From an uncultured Verrucomicrobiae bacterium (GTDB lineage: Bacteria > Verrucomicrobiota > Verrucomicrobiia > Chthoniobacterales > JAFAMB01): a stretch of DNA of 64,000 nucleotides. The notes under the pieces are model-generated. The model had not been told where the DNA came from, searched no databases, and saw nothing but the letters and a program-made list of their open reading frames with translations. This document shows positions 47,036 through 56,656 of this stretch, piece after piece; the first letter of the stretch is position 1, and the number at the start of each line of letters is the position of its first letter. Location: NCBI GenBank assembly GCA_963748055.1, contig CAVVII010000011.1, positions 368,915 through 432,914 of the forward strand, written 5' to 3'. A program made the translations under genes and the position numbers.

Positions 47036-47170
47036 ATGTGCGGAATTACAGCATTTTTCTCAAGCGGCAAACGCATTTCAGCGGAGAGGTTGAAGCGTGC
47101 GACGAACACCCTCCACCACCGCGGTCCGGACGGCCACGGCGTGTGGCTATCCTACGATGCCCAGGTTTAA
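47036..47170 (+). pseudogene. asnB: asparagine synthase (glutamine-hydrolysing) N-terminal fragment
   Basis: MCGITAFFS..LHHRGPDGHGVW is the Ntn-amidotransferase N-terminus of AsnB. It stops after 44 aa and nothing downstream continues it. Confidence 0.7.
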
Positions 47171-47319
47171 CCCGGGAAGTCCATCCACCGACGGAACCGC
47201 CCTTCTCACAAGGAAGAAAACCTGCATTTACGATTGGTTCCCGCCAACGCCTTCCTGTCTTCTGACTTCTGTCTGTCTACGGTACGTCTCGACTCCTCGA
47301 TTGCGTTCCTAACCAACCA

Positions 47320-47724
47320 TTGGAGGATTTGAGCTTATTAGCAATACTACTTTTTGTTGGCACAATGGCATTGTCGATGTGGGCAAGGCTGCGAGTTCGG
47401 TCGGCGTACAAGTACAGCCGGTTGAGTGCGACTTCGGGAGTATCCGGGGCTGAGACCGTGGCGACGATCCTTCGACGGGAGGGCATTTACGATGTCGAGA
47501 TCCTGGAGCACGATCAGGTACTGGAGATCACTATGACCCGATCAATAAGGGGCTCGTGCTGTCCCATGACAATTTTCACGGGTACTAGCAGCGCGAAATC
47601 AAATCCTGCCCTTGCCGGCCACTGCATTGCGGTGGCGGCTTCCCGACGAGCTGAGAGCGTGGGTGGATGGTCAAACAACTTCGGTAAATCCTCCACTGAT
47701 TTGCGAGCGAGTCGACCGTGTTGA
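47320..47724 (+). pseudogene. YugP-like zinc metallopeptidase remnant (frameshifts, lost HExxH, truncated)
   Basis: The N-terminus ..LAILLFVGTMALSMWARLRVRSAYKYSRLSATSGVSGAE..GIYDV matches the family. The conserved GDHYDPINKGLVLSHDNFHG is in another frame (~47520-47590). The expected AHEAGHAIQ reads ALAGHCIAV. The ORF then ends early. Confidence 0.65.
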
Positions 47725-47799
47725 CTTCCAAGCCTCGCATTGGAGGTAAATTGCGAGACGTAGCAATTCGAACATATCAAGCGTGCGGTGTTGCTCCCA

Positions 47800-47969
47800 G
47801 GCTGTTTCCGGACCAGGGAAAGCTCGCTCGGAGCTCTCGAAGTCCGCCCTTTTCGCAAAGACCTTCGATCCTGGAACAAAAGGGCCTCTTAAAGCGAACG
47901 CACGGCGGCGCTGTCAGCCTCGGACCGCCCATTGCTGGCTTTGTGAATTATCGAAGATATCGTAAGTAA
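47800..47969 (+). pseudogene. DeoR-family regulator fragment (HTH region only, frameshifted)
   Basis: ..SELSKSALFAKTF.. in one frame and ..ILEQKGLLKRTHGGAV.. in another together resemble the DeoR N-terminal HTH. The C-terminal sugar-phosphate-binding domain is absent, and the next gene starts 11 nt later. Confidence 0.5.
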
Positions 47970-47979
47970 AGGAAAATAA

Positions 47980-48567
47980 ATGAAAGAAATGAATTCTCCT
48001 TTGCCTTGCAGCGTCTCGTTTGAGGCCAATACCGGCATGGTTCCGCAGGCCACGGCCCATTACGAGAAACGCCTTTCTGAATTGCGCGGATTTTATCTGG
48101 ATCCTGATGCCCTGGACCTGCGCATTCGGGAAGAAAACGACCCGGTCTGCTACGAGAATTACGCCTTTAACCAGAGCCAGGCCGAGGGCGATATCTTTTT
48201 TGGCACAACCATTATTTATCCCGGCAAGGTAGGCTCCGAGTATCACCTGACCCGCGGTCATTTTCACCGCAAGCGGAATCACGCGGAGACCTATCAAGCC
48301 CTTTCTGGACGTGGTCTTGTTCTATTCGAACGGGGGGATGGAACAACTTGCGTTGCTGAGCTCGCGCCGGGCAAAGTAACCTATGTCCCTCCGTTCTGGG
48401 CGCACCGCTCGGTCAACACCGGCGATGTGCCCTTGGTCTTTCTTTGGACTTGCTCGGTGGAGGCTGGCCACGACTACGAAGGGCTGGGTGGACGCGGACT
48501 GCGTCAGGTGGTAATGGAACGCGACGGTGCGCCGGTCGTCGAAGACCGTCCTCGGGACCAAGCCTAG
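47980..48567 (+). CDS. cupin-type glucose-6-phosphate isomerase
   Basis: 195 aa. TRGHFHRKRNHAETY and YVPPFWAHRSVNTG match the cupin PGI signature (T.GH.H......E.Y / PP...HR..N). Confidence 0.75.
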   Translation: MKEMNSPLPCSVSFEANTGMVPQATAHYEKRLSELRGFYLDPDALDLRIREENDPVCYENYAFNQSQAEGDIFFGTTIIYPGKVGSEYHLTRGHFHRKRNHAETYQALSGRGLVLFERGDGTTCVAELAPGKVTYVPPFWAHRSVNTGDVPLVFLWTCSVEAGHDYEGLGGRGLRQVVMERDGAPVVEDRPRDQA

Positions 48568-48624
48568 GAATCGAAAGGCCTATTTTGGCAAGACGGATTG
48601 CTTTCTGACCGATTTTTAAACTCG

Positions 48625-49194
48625 ATGGCCCCCACGATGCACGCAGTATTCGGCAAACGCATAGCCCTTGATATGGATGAAGTCATGGCGGATACGCTCA
48701 CAGCGTGGCTTGATCGTTGCAATCAGGATTTTGGCACCCGCATCACCAAGGCAGATTTGCTTGGCAAAAGAATTTATGACTTGGTCGGAACGGTCCAGGC
48801 GGAAGCTGCCCGCGCTTATCTGGACCATCCGGATTTCTTCCTGGAACTGCCCTTGATGGAGGGGAGCCAAATGATTGTCAAACGTCTTACGGAAAAGTAC
48901 GAGGTCTTTGTCACGTCGGCCGCGATGGATCACCCGAATTCCTTTCCGGCAAAGTACGTCTGGCTCAAGAAGCATTTTCCTTGCATACCGGACAAGAACA
49001 TCGTGTTCTGCGGGGACAAAAGTATCATCCGGGCAGACTTTATGGTCGATGACAGTGTCCCGAACTTACGGGCCTTCGACGGCGAGGGAATCGTCTTCAC
49101 GGCGCCTCACAATGTCCTGAACACCGATTTTCCCCGAGTGAACGACTGGCCGGATGTCGCTAGCTACTTTGGAGTCACGGAAAACGGCACCTGA
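48625..49194 (+). CDS. HAD-family 5'(3')-deoxyribonucleotidase
   Basis: IALDMDEVMAD (DxDxV motif I) and overall NT5C-like layout. Start ambiguous (TTG 48598, ATG 48625 or 48637). Confidence 0.7.
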   Translation: MAPTMHAVFGKRIALDMDEVMADTLTAWLDRCNQDFGTRITKADLLGKRIYDLVGTVQAEAARAYLDHPDFFLELPLMEGSQMIVKRLTEKYEVFVTSAAMDHPNSFPAKYVWLKKHFPCIPDKNIVFCGDKSIIRADFMVDDSVPNLRAFDGEGIVFTAPHNVLNTDFPRVNDWPDVASYFGVTENGT

Positions 49195-49312
49195 TCGCCG
49201 CGAGAGCGGACGAGTGACGGCAGCCAATCGCTATTGCATGGCGGGCTGGACGCAAGTGTGGTCTGGCTCTTACTTTAGACCTTTCAGAAACCCTCAAATA
49301 AAACTCTTTCAA

Positions 49313-50353
49313 ATGACACCCATTGCCCAGCGTTTCCTGCCCACGACGGCACATTGGTTGCCGCCGACCTACAATGCAGTAACGACCCGCTACGACAATA
49401 TGCCCTTTCGGCGCGCGGGACGGAGCGGTTTGTTGTTACCCTCAATATCCCTCGGTCTCTGGCAGAACTTCGGCGACGCAGACCCAATAGCCAACTGCTA
49501 CGCGGTTCTCCGGCGCTCCTTCGACCTGGGCATCACCCATTTTGACCTGGCAAACAATTACGGGCCGCCGCAGGGCGCCGCTGAGCGTACCTTCGGCCGG
49601 ATTTTCCACGGCGATTTCCGAGCCTATCGCGACGAAATGGTTATCGCGACCAAAGCAGGCTTCGACATGTGGCCCGGTCCGTACGGCGAATGGGGTTCTC
49701 GGAAATATCTGATTGCCAGTCTCGACCAGAGCTTGAGCCGGATGGGCCTCGACTACGTGGACGTGTTTTATTCGCACCGTCCCGACGCAGAGACACCTCT
49801 TGAGGAGACGATGGGAGCGCTCGACCACATCGTGCGTAGCGGGAAAGCTCTTTATGTCGGCATCTCGAACTACTCGCCGGAGCAAACTCGCGAATCGTCA
49901 CGCATCCTGCGTGCCATGGGCACGCCGTGTCTCCTGCATCAACCGCGATACAATATGTTTGATCGGCACATCGAGGGCGGTCTTCTCGATGTGCTCAAAG
50001 AGGAAGGCATTGGGTGCATCGTTTTCTCACCGCTGGCACAGGGTCTTCTTACGGAGCGTTATTTAGATGGAATTCCGGCCGATTCACGAGCTGGCAAAGC
50101 GGGTCGGTTTCTTAAACCGGAAAACGTCAGCGAAGAGGTGCTTGGACGCGCCCGGCAATTGGCAGCTTTGTCCCGGCGTCGAGGTCAGAGTTTGGCCCAA
50201 CTAGCGGTGACCTGGATCTTGCGGCACCCACAGATCACCTCGGTCCTGATCGGCGCCAGTCGCCCGACGCAGATCGAGGAACTTCATGCCGGCCTTTCCC
50301 ATCCGTCATTGACAGACAGCGAACTGGCGGAAATCGAAAATATTCTCAAATAG
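49313..50353 (+). CDS. aldo/keto reductase (YghZ/glyceraldehyde-3-phosphate-reductase-like)
   Basis: Start MTPIAQRF. ..RRAGRSGLLLPSISLGLWQNFG..ITHFDLANNYGPP..YVDVFYSHRPD..GISNYS.. are AKR hallmarks. The upstream part of the ORF overlaps the previous gene. Confidence 0.85.
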   Translation: MTPIAQRFLPTTAHWLPPTYNAVTTRYDNMPFRRAGRSGLLLPSISLGLWQNFGDADPIANCYAVLRRSFDLGITHFDLANNYGPPQGAAERTFGRIFHGDFRAYRDEMVIATKAGFDMWPGPYGEWGSRKYLIASLDQSLSRMGLDYVDVFYSHRPDAETPLEETMGALDHIVRSGKALYVGISNYSPEQTRESSRILRAMGTPCLLHQPRYNMFDRHIEGGLLDVLKEEGIGCIVFSPLAQGLLTERYLDGIPADSRAGKAGRFLKPENVSEEVLGRARQLAALSRRRGQSLAQLAVTWILRHPQITSVLIGASRPTQIEELHAGLSHPSLTDSELAEIENILK

Positions 50354-50360
50354 CTCGATG

Positions 50361-50488
50361 AGCCGCCGGAGGAGCCGTGACCTGGGGTCGGGAGCCGTGA
50401 CTTGGGGTCGTATCTAGAAATATAAATATCGCAACCTCCGCAGGATCGGCAAAGGTTCATGATTGGATTTTAATTATTATGTTTTTAG
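50361..50488 (+). mobile_element. ~94-bp foldback element, copy 3, with duplicated left flank
   Basis: Element 50394-50488: GGGGTCGTATCTAGAAATATAAATA..TTATTATGTTTTTAGATACGACCCC. Preceded by a 20-bp tandem duplication (50361-50380 vs 50381-50400, GGAGCCGTGAC(C/T)TGGGGTCG, one mismatch). Confidence 0.8.
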
Positions 50489-50757
50489 ATACGACCCCTA
50501 TTACCGCCTCTCTAATTCTCATCTTCAGAAGACTTCAGATTTGGACAGGTTGTTCATGGGACTCCAAGTGTCCCGCAAACGGGATTTGACTGTTCGATAT
50601 TCGGGACGGAAACCGTCTCAAGGCCTGCCCTTTTCCCATTTGTTTTCGGTTAAGGTGTTCAGATCCAGGCACTTATCTTGAGTAAAGCTATTGGCATGCG
50701 TGATGCTTCAGGACTCGTCTGCAACCACCTCCAGTCGCTACAGGGAAACCCAACCAA

Positions 50758-52854
50758 ATGCCAAAGCTCAATCGCCGACCACTTTCGCCCACCGAGGATC
50801 TCACTGCGAAGCAAACTTTTACAGGAACGGACACGAAAACCGCGAATAGCAATATCGCTGCGAAAAGAGAAGCGCGTAACAGCTTACTTACCGAAGTGGC
50901 CAAGAGTTCGCGTAGGCAGCCGACGGGAGCACCAGTAGGGCAAGGGGTCAATGCGCTCCAAAAGAACCATCCGGAGAAGTCTTCCGTGCCGGCGGTTGGC
51001 ATTCCTGGCCAGTTGACACCAGGGAAGCTATTTGCGTGTTTTGAACTGCAGCGCGAACTGGAAAATAGGAGCACGGGATCGGTCTGGCTGGCTCAGGATT
51101 ACAGCCCGAAACGCCACTTCGAACAAGTAGCACTAAAGTTTCTGCCTGATTTCATCGTCAGCGGAAAGATCTCCATTGAGGAGCTGAAGGCCGAAATCCG
51201 CCGGAGAATCGCGCTCAAGCATCCCAATATTTTAAGTGTCTATGACCTGGTGGAAAACAAAGGGAGAATCGCCATCCAGATGGAATACCTGGAAGGCCAT
51301 AGTTTGTCGCATTTGCGTATGATAAAGCCGAATCAGATATTCGAAGTCCGGGACCTGGAGAAATGGATGAAGGACTTGTGTGAGGCATTGGAGTATGCCC
51401 ACAAAAGTGCAGGGCTTATCGCGGGCGACATTTTGCCGGAGAACTTGATCGTAGATCCCGGTGGGAATCTGAAGCTGAAGGACTTTGGAATCGCAAATTG
51501 CATCACCGATTCGATGAGACGGTTGATGGCAATTCATGACACGAGCGAGACTCTGCCGTACGGGAGCCCGCAGCGGATAGCGGGGGAAAAGCCGGCGATC
51601 ACTGACGATCTATATTCGCTCGGAGCCAACATCTATGAATTACTGACCGGCAAACCGCCCTTTTATGCGGGGGATATTCGTGACCAGGTGAACGGGAAGC
51701 CCCCCCCTTCAATGAGCGAGAGGAGAACCGAACTTGGAATAAAAGGCGATGCTATTCCGAAATATTGGGAGGAAACGGTGGCGGCCTGTTTAGCGAAAGA
51801 TCCGGTTCAACGCCCCCAGAGCGCGTCCGAAGTAGGGAATCGACTGAAAAACGCTACCCCTCCATCAAGCATTCCCTCTGCCTCTACGGCTAACTCCGAG
51901 CCTAAGCCTGTTTCAAAACCCCGAGTTCCGGTGCGAAATCCGCTCACCTGGAAGAGGCGGTTGGGGATCTTAGGCGTCATCTTCTTCCTGGCGTTGTTCG
52001 CGGCGACTGCTTTCTTTTTGTTTCACCAGCGATCTGATCGTTTCGTTCCAGTGCAAGGGCCTTCCCCCACGCCTGCGGTCCCGCCATCTCCGTCAGGGAC
52101 GATCGGAAAGGACGGCTCTCCATGGGTGACTACACCCCCTCCAGAGGGCAGCCCGGCACCTGCTCCGGAGGCGAGTCCGGCACCCGCCCCGGAGGGCAGC
52201 CCGGCACCTGATCCAGAGGCGAGCGCGGCACCTGCTCCAGAGGCCGTTCTAACACCAACTTCTGATTCGGTTACAGGCCCTTCCCCTGAGGCGATTCCAA
52301 CATCCTCTTCTGAATTGAGCCGAACTCTTTCTCCACAAGAGGCTACCATCCTAAATGCAAAGCAGTCCACAGAGCCTTCTCCGACTCCGTTAAGTCTGGA
52401 TGAGATCGATGCGACGAAGGAAGAGGTGGTCAAACGGATCAACGCTCTTCCTGGAGTCAGTGCCCAGAGAAAGGCGACTCTGATCGGGAAAATGCATAAA
52501 GCTCGTTCAATGGAACGCCTGACGGTTGTTCCCTTCGATGTCGGTCAGACAATTCTGCGCAGAGCCGCTACGGATGAACTGCTGAAAGCGTTCAGCCGGC
52601 CCGAAACGCGGGACAAACTGAGTGACCCGACGACAATCCTGGTGGTGGCCGGCTATGCCGATACCGTTGGCCGCGCGGACAAGAATCTCCGCGTCTCACA
52701 GGAGCGAGCGGAGAATGTGAGCAAGGTTCTCAGAGAACAGGCAAACTTACTCAATGCTATGCAGACAATAGGAATGGGAGGAACTGAACTTCTCGATAGC
52801 AAGCGACCAGATCAGAATCGAGTTGTTGAGGTTTGGGTAGTTGTGCCCCTGTAG
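50758..52854 (+). CDS. Ser/Thr kinase-like domain - TM - Pro/Ala-rich linker - OmpA-like domain fusion protein
   Basis: Kinase fold: VALKFL (beta3 Lys), DFG (LKDFGIA), ..DLYSLGANIYELLTGKPPF. The catalytic loop reads AGDILPEN instead of HRDxKPxN and the Gly loop is degenerate. TM LGILGVIFFLALFAATAFFLF. C-terminal OmpA-like VVAGYADTVGRADKNLRVSQERAENV. Confidence 0.8.
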   Translation: MPKLNRRPLSPTEDLTAKQTFTGTDTKTANSNIAAKREARNSLLTEVAKSSRRQPTGAPVGQGVNALQKNHPEKSSVPAVGIPGQLTPGKLFACFELQRELENRSTGSVWLAQDYSPKRHFEQVALKFLPDFIVSGKISIEELKAEIRRRIALKHPNILSVYDLVENKGRIAIQMEYLEGHSLSHLRMIKPNQIFEVRDLEKWMKDLCEALEYAHKSAGLIAGDILPENLIVDPGGNLKLKDFGIANCITDSMRRLMAIHDTSETLPYGSPQRIAGEKPAITDDLYSLGANIYELLTGKPPFYAGDIRDQVNGKPPPSMSERRTELGIKGDAIPKYWEETVAACLAKDPVQRPQSASEVGNRLKNATPPSSIPSASTANSEPKPVSKPRVPVRNPLTWKRRLGILGVIFFLALFAATAFFLFHQRSDRFVPVQGPSPTPAVPPSPSGTIGKDGSPWVTTPPPEGSPAPAPEASPAPAPEGSPAPDPEASAAPAPEAVLTPTSDSVTGPSPEAIPTSSSELSRTLSPQEATILNAKQSTEPSPTPLSLDEIDATKEEVVKRINALPGVSAQRKATLIGKMHKARSMERLTVVPFDVGQTILRRAATDELLKAFSRPETRDKLSDPTTILVVAGYADTVGRADKNLRVSQERAENVSKVLREQANLLNAMQTIGMGGTELLDSKRPDQNRVVEVWVVVPL
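52141..52245 (+). repeat. 4.4 x 24-nt in-frame tandem repeat (PE(G/A)SPAPA)
   Basis: CCAGAGGGCAGCCCGGCACCTGCT and three close variants follow head to tail inside the extracytoplasmic linker of the kinase-OmpA protein. Confidence 0.85.
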
Positions 52855-53374
52855 GCGAGGAGCGACGATCTAACCATTGTTCGCAAAGGATGTCTAACGT
52901 CAACTACCCCCCAGGATCTAACCGCTCGGCGATTATATTGGCCGAATCGGAATACCGAGTCCCCGATGGTCGCCGAATCGGTCTTCGCCTGCCCCGACTC
53001 GAAATGCGTTTGGAATACCGCTAGGGGGAGTTCTCAGGGGTTCGCTCATAAAAGACCTGTCTTTCTCTGTGCGGAACTTGAATGCGATGCTTGCTGGCCC
53101 GAGAAAGGGATCTGCCCCTTGAAAAATACGCCACGTACATTGAAGAATTCACGCAAAATATCGTGCTGGTCGCGTGAAATGCTCGGGAATCCGCAATGGA
53201 TCGGAACGGTTTAATTTCTTAAAATTGCGGATGGCTCCTGCCGACCGCAGCGGACGATGTGATCGAAGACCTCCGGTCGCCGTTGCACTTTAAGTGGGAA
53301 TCCGTAAGCTGAGGGCTGAAGACCGCCGCCCGCTCCATCCGTAACCGCATTGTTTAACCGCTCACTGCTTGCTT

Positions 53375-54868
53375 ATGCTTCCCATCCTGATCGCCAAAGG
53401 CGCTGCCGATCTTTTACTTCTTCCCCAAATGGCAAACCGGCATGGACTCATTGCCGGCGCCACAGGAACGGGGAAAACGGTGACACTGCAAGTTCTGGCG
53501 GAAAATTTCAGTGCCATGGGCGTACCGGTTTTCATGGCGGATATCAAAGGCGACCTAACGGGAATCAGCCAACCAGGTGGGCAAAATCCGAAAGTCGCGG
53601 CGCGTATCCAGGACCTAAAACTGGATGCCTATGAATTTCGGGGCTGTGCGGTCACGCTCTGGGACGTATTCGGAGAACAGGGCCATCCCGTTCGCGCGAC
53701 GGTATCGGAAATGGGGCCGCTTCTCTTTTCGCGCCTGCTGCAATTGAATGAGGTCCAAAGCGGCGTGCTCGCCTTGGTCTTCAAGATTGCAGACGAAGCA
53801 GGTCTCCTGTTGCTTGATCTCAAGGATTTGCGGGCCACCGTTCAGCACGTGGGAGATCATGCTTCCGACTACACAACCCAATACGGAAATGTTTCGACTG
53901 CTAGCATCGGGGCGATCCAACGTGGCTTGCTTACCTTGGAAACGCAAGGAGGCGAAAAATTTTTTGGCGAACCCGCGCTGAATTTGGACGACTTGATCCA
54001 GACCGACGGAAATGGCCAGGGGGTAGTTAACATCCTCGCCGCCGACAAGCTTATGGGCGCACCGAAGGTTTACGCGACCCTCTTATTGTGGCTTCTGTCC
54101 GAGCTTTACGAACGTTTGCCTGAAGTCGGCGATTTGCCGAAGCCGAAGTTCGTTCTGTTTTTCGACGAGGCTCACCTTCTTTTCAGTGATATTCCGCGGG
54201 CGCTGTTGGAAAAGGTTGAACAGGTGGTTCGCCTGGTCAGGTCGAAGGGTGTCGGCGTTTATTTCGTAACGCAGAATCCGCGTGACATCCCGGATAACGT
54301 GCTCGGCCAACTGGGGAACAGAATCCAACATGCTTTGCGCGCATTTACCCCACGTGACCAATCGTCAGTTAAGGCGGCGGCTGAAACATTCCGGGCGAAT
54401 CCCAAAATAGATACAGCAACGGTGCTGACTGAGCTTGGTGTAGGAGAAGCTTTGGTATCTCTTCTCGATGAAAGGGGTCAACCCTCCGTCGTCGATCGGG
54501 CATTTATTGTGCCGCCGCGCAGCCAGATTGGGCCAATCTCTCCTCAGCAACGACAAGAATTAATCCAGCACTCCATTGTCACTGGTGTCTACGAACAATC
54601 CATTGACCGGGAATCCGCTTACGAGCGTCTCGTGGCCGCAACAAGAAACTCGCCGGGCCAACGAAATGCCGCACCCGTTTCAGGGGAAGGAATTCTTGGA
54701 CAGATTGTCAGCGGAGCGGTCGGCGGCATCACCGGGGCAAGAGCGCGGCAGAGCGATACGGTAGTGGAAGCGCTTTCTAAGAATTTTACGCGAACGATTG
54801 CCAATACAGCAGGCCGCGAAATCGTACGGGGTCTCATGGGATCGCTCTTCGGCGGCACGAGACGTTAG
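53375..54868 (+). CDS. DUF853 / HerA-like P-loop NTPase (YjgR family)
   Basis: About 497 aa. ..[19 protein letters not shown] (Walker A), [12 protein letters not shown] (Walker B), [10 protein letters not shown]. Size and layout as E. coli YjgR. Confidence 0.8.
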   Translation: MLPILIAKGAADLLLLPQMANRHGLIAGATGTGKTVTLQVLAENFSAMGVPVFMADIKGDLTGISQPGGQNPKVAARIQDLKLDAYEFRGCAVTLWDVFGEQGHPVRATVSEMGPLLFSRLLQLNEVQSGVLALVFKIADEAGLLLLDLKDLRATVQHVGDHASDYTTQYGNVSTASIGAIQRGLLTLETQGGEKFFGEPALNLDDLIQTDGNGQGVVNILAADKLMGAPKVYATLLLWLLSELYERLPEVGDLPKPKFVLFFDEAHLLFSDIPRALLEKVEQVVRLVRSKGVGVYFVTQNPRDIPDNVLGQLGNRIQHALRAFTPRDQSSVKAAAETFRANPKIDTATVLTELGVGEALVSLLDERGQPSVVDRAFIVPPRSQIGPISPQQRQELIQHSIVTGVYEQSIDRESAYERLVAATRNSPGQRNAAPVSGEGILGQIVSGAVGGITGARARQSDTVVEALSKNFTRTIANTAGREIVRGLMGSLFGGTRR

Positions 54869-54901
54869 GGGACATGTGTCGGCGGTTCGGCGTGTCGGCG
54901 T

Positions 54902-54921
54902 TTCGGAGGTGAGCCTCCAAT
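54902..54921. repeat. REP-like hairpin TTCGGAGG-TGAG-CCTCCAA with GTCGGCG-rich flank
   Basis: Preceded by GTGTCGGCGGTTCGGCGTGTCGGCGT and followed by GGTAAGGAACGCGGTTGGCGT and GTAGGGT-containing palindromes. Same family as 11949-11968. Confidence 0.65.
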
Positions 54922-55163
54922 GGTAAGGAACGCGGTTGGCGTCACACGTTAGGTAGGGTTCACCGCGAATTGCGCGGTAGGGTCAAGCTCCCGCTTGACC
55001 GGCGTGGCACGTCTTAGGAACGTGTCAGACTGCCGCCCGAAGAGTCACTGGGTGATCGGGAGTAAGTAATGCGTCTCGCTTTGCCTTTTCTGTATGTATC
55101 GCGGGTCCCTGGTTCCAGTGCTTCAGTATGAAGCGGGACGAAGAGGTAAGGCGAGAAGCAGCT

Positions 55164-56529
55164 TCACTCGCGTGCTAAGAGTAGCGCTGGTTTTAGCCAG
55201 AACGGTGGTAGACAGAGCGGCGTGGAGGAAATCGGCAGGATATCGTCGCTGATATTGACGCCGAGGATATTCCGCATAAAGGCCTGCCGCGCCTCGATGC
55301 GCCGCCAGGTTGCCGGATGATCTGCGCGTATTTCTGCCCGCAGGGATTCTTCAGCAAAGATGACGGCATCTTCGCAGTTAAGAGCCCAACCGTTTCGTAG
55401 CGGCACCGGGATGACGTCGACTTGAAATGGCATGCCGGAACGAATGCGATCGGTAGATCCAGGTCGGACCGGGCTGTGGATCCATTCGTCGTGACCGGTG
55501 AGGTGGCCGGGATTGAGTGCCGATTTCAATCTGGCGCGTGCAAGCGTATCGGTGACCGCACGCGAACACAACTTCGCCCGCTACACCGATCGCAGAGGTT
55601 TCGTACCAAGTGATTAAGCCCGCGAAATAAGATGACGCTACCTTCAGGAAATCGTCGTCAGAGTTGGTGATCAAGCCGGCACGAGAGGCGAGGCCGCCCG
55701 AAAATCCGATTGCCGCGGTGACGCCGTCGCCTCGCCGCAGACGCCTGCTCGACGGACTTCGAAGGCCGACGACCGGAACGCTGTGATCTCCGGAGGCGAA
55801 CATCATATGGACGTTGAATGGATCGCCCTGGTAATCCATCCGAGCCGCTGCCTCGAATTCGCTTTCACCCTCTTGAATACCGGCAACGATTCGCCAGAGC
55901 ATCTGCGAAGACCGGGCGGCTGCCCATTCGAAGGCTGCGATTTGATTGGCATCGATGACGGACCGAAGGCCCGTCTCGGGGTGCATTAGACAGGCCGTCG
56001 CGTCGATGATCGTGCCTTCCGGTTGGATGGCTCTGCGCAGGACATCGATGAAGAAAGAGGGTACGAAGAATCCGGGAGCATCGCTGTCCCACTCCTCGCT
56101 TTCGAGATATTTCCAGCCCGCAAGGGCGATGCTGTCGCCCGAGCCAATCCCAGCCTCTTGCAGCACGGCCAGCAACCTTGGTCGGCGGGAACGGTCTTGT
56201 CCCATCAGGCTCATGGTCTGGGAAAGCTGGACATCGAGTCCCGGCAACCCGGCGAGCAACGCATAGCTTTCACACTCGTTGCCTGTGATCAAGATTCGAC
56301 GACCGTTCGGACCCAGCAAGAGCAGCGCCTCCTCGAAGCGCGGTTCGAAGCCACAAAGAAACGCCATATTGGCGGAGTGCTCGCGGTCGGCATAAACAAC
56401 GAACCAATTGCAGCCTGCACGCCGGTAGGCTTCGCCACAGCGTGCTTCGTAAGTGCCTCCTGGTATTCCCGGTTGTTCACCGAAGTCGACGGCTGTGGGC
56501 GGCTCGATCGGACGGATCACGATGGACAT
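55164..56529 (-). pseudogene. M24-like (creatinase/prolidase-fold) protein, frameshifted (or sequencing error)
   Basis: The N-terminal ~320 aa (MSIVIRPIEPP.. to ..AIGVAGEVVF) are in the 55378-56775 ORF. The C-terminal 135 aa (..AVTDTLARA..NPGHLTGHDEWIHSP..PFQVDVIP..) are in the 55164-55571 ORF. The frames meet at about 55560-55575. Family assignment is tentative. Confidence 0.5.
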
Positions 56530-56656
56530 GACGCCAAATCTTAGCAGTCTGGCCATGGCCAAAGCGAACATGAAATGCCTGCTTTTCCTTGTCTTTGGCG
56601 ATCGAGTGGTCAGGCCCACGACTCGAACTGGATTCGCGAGGCACAAATGGTAACGG

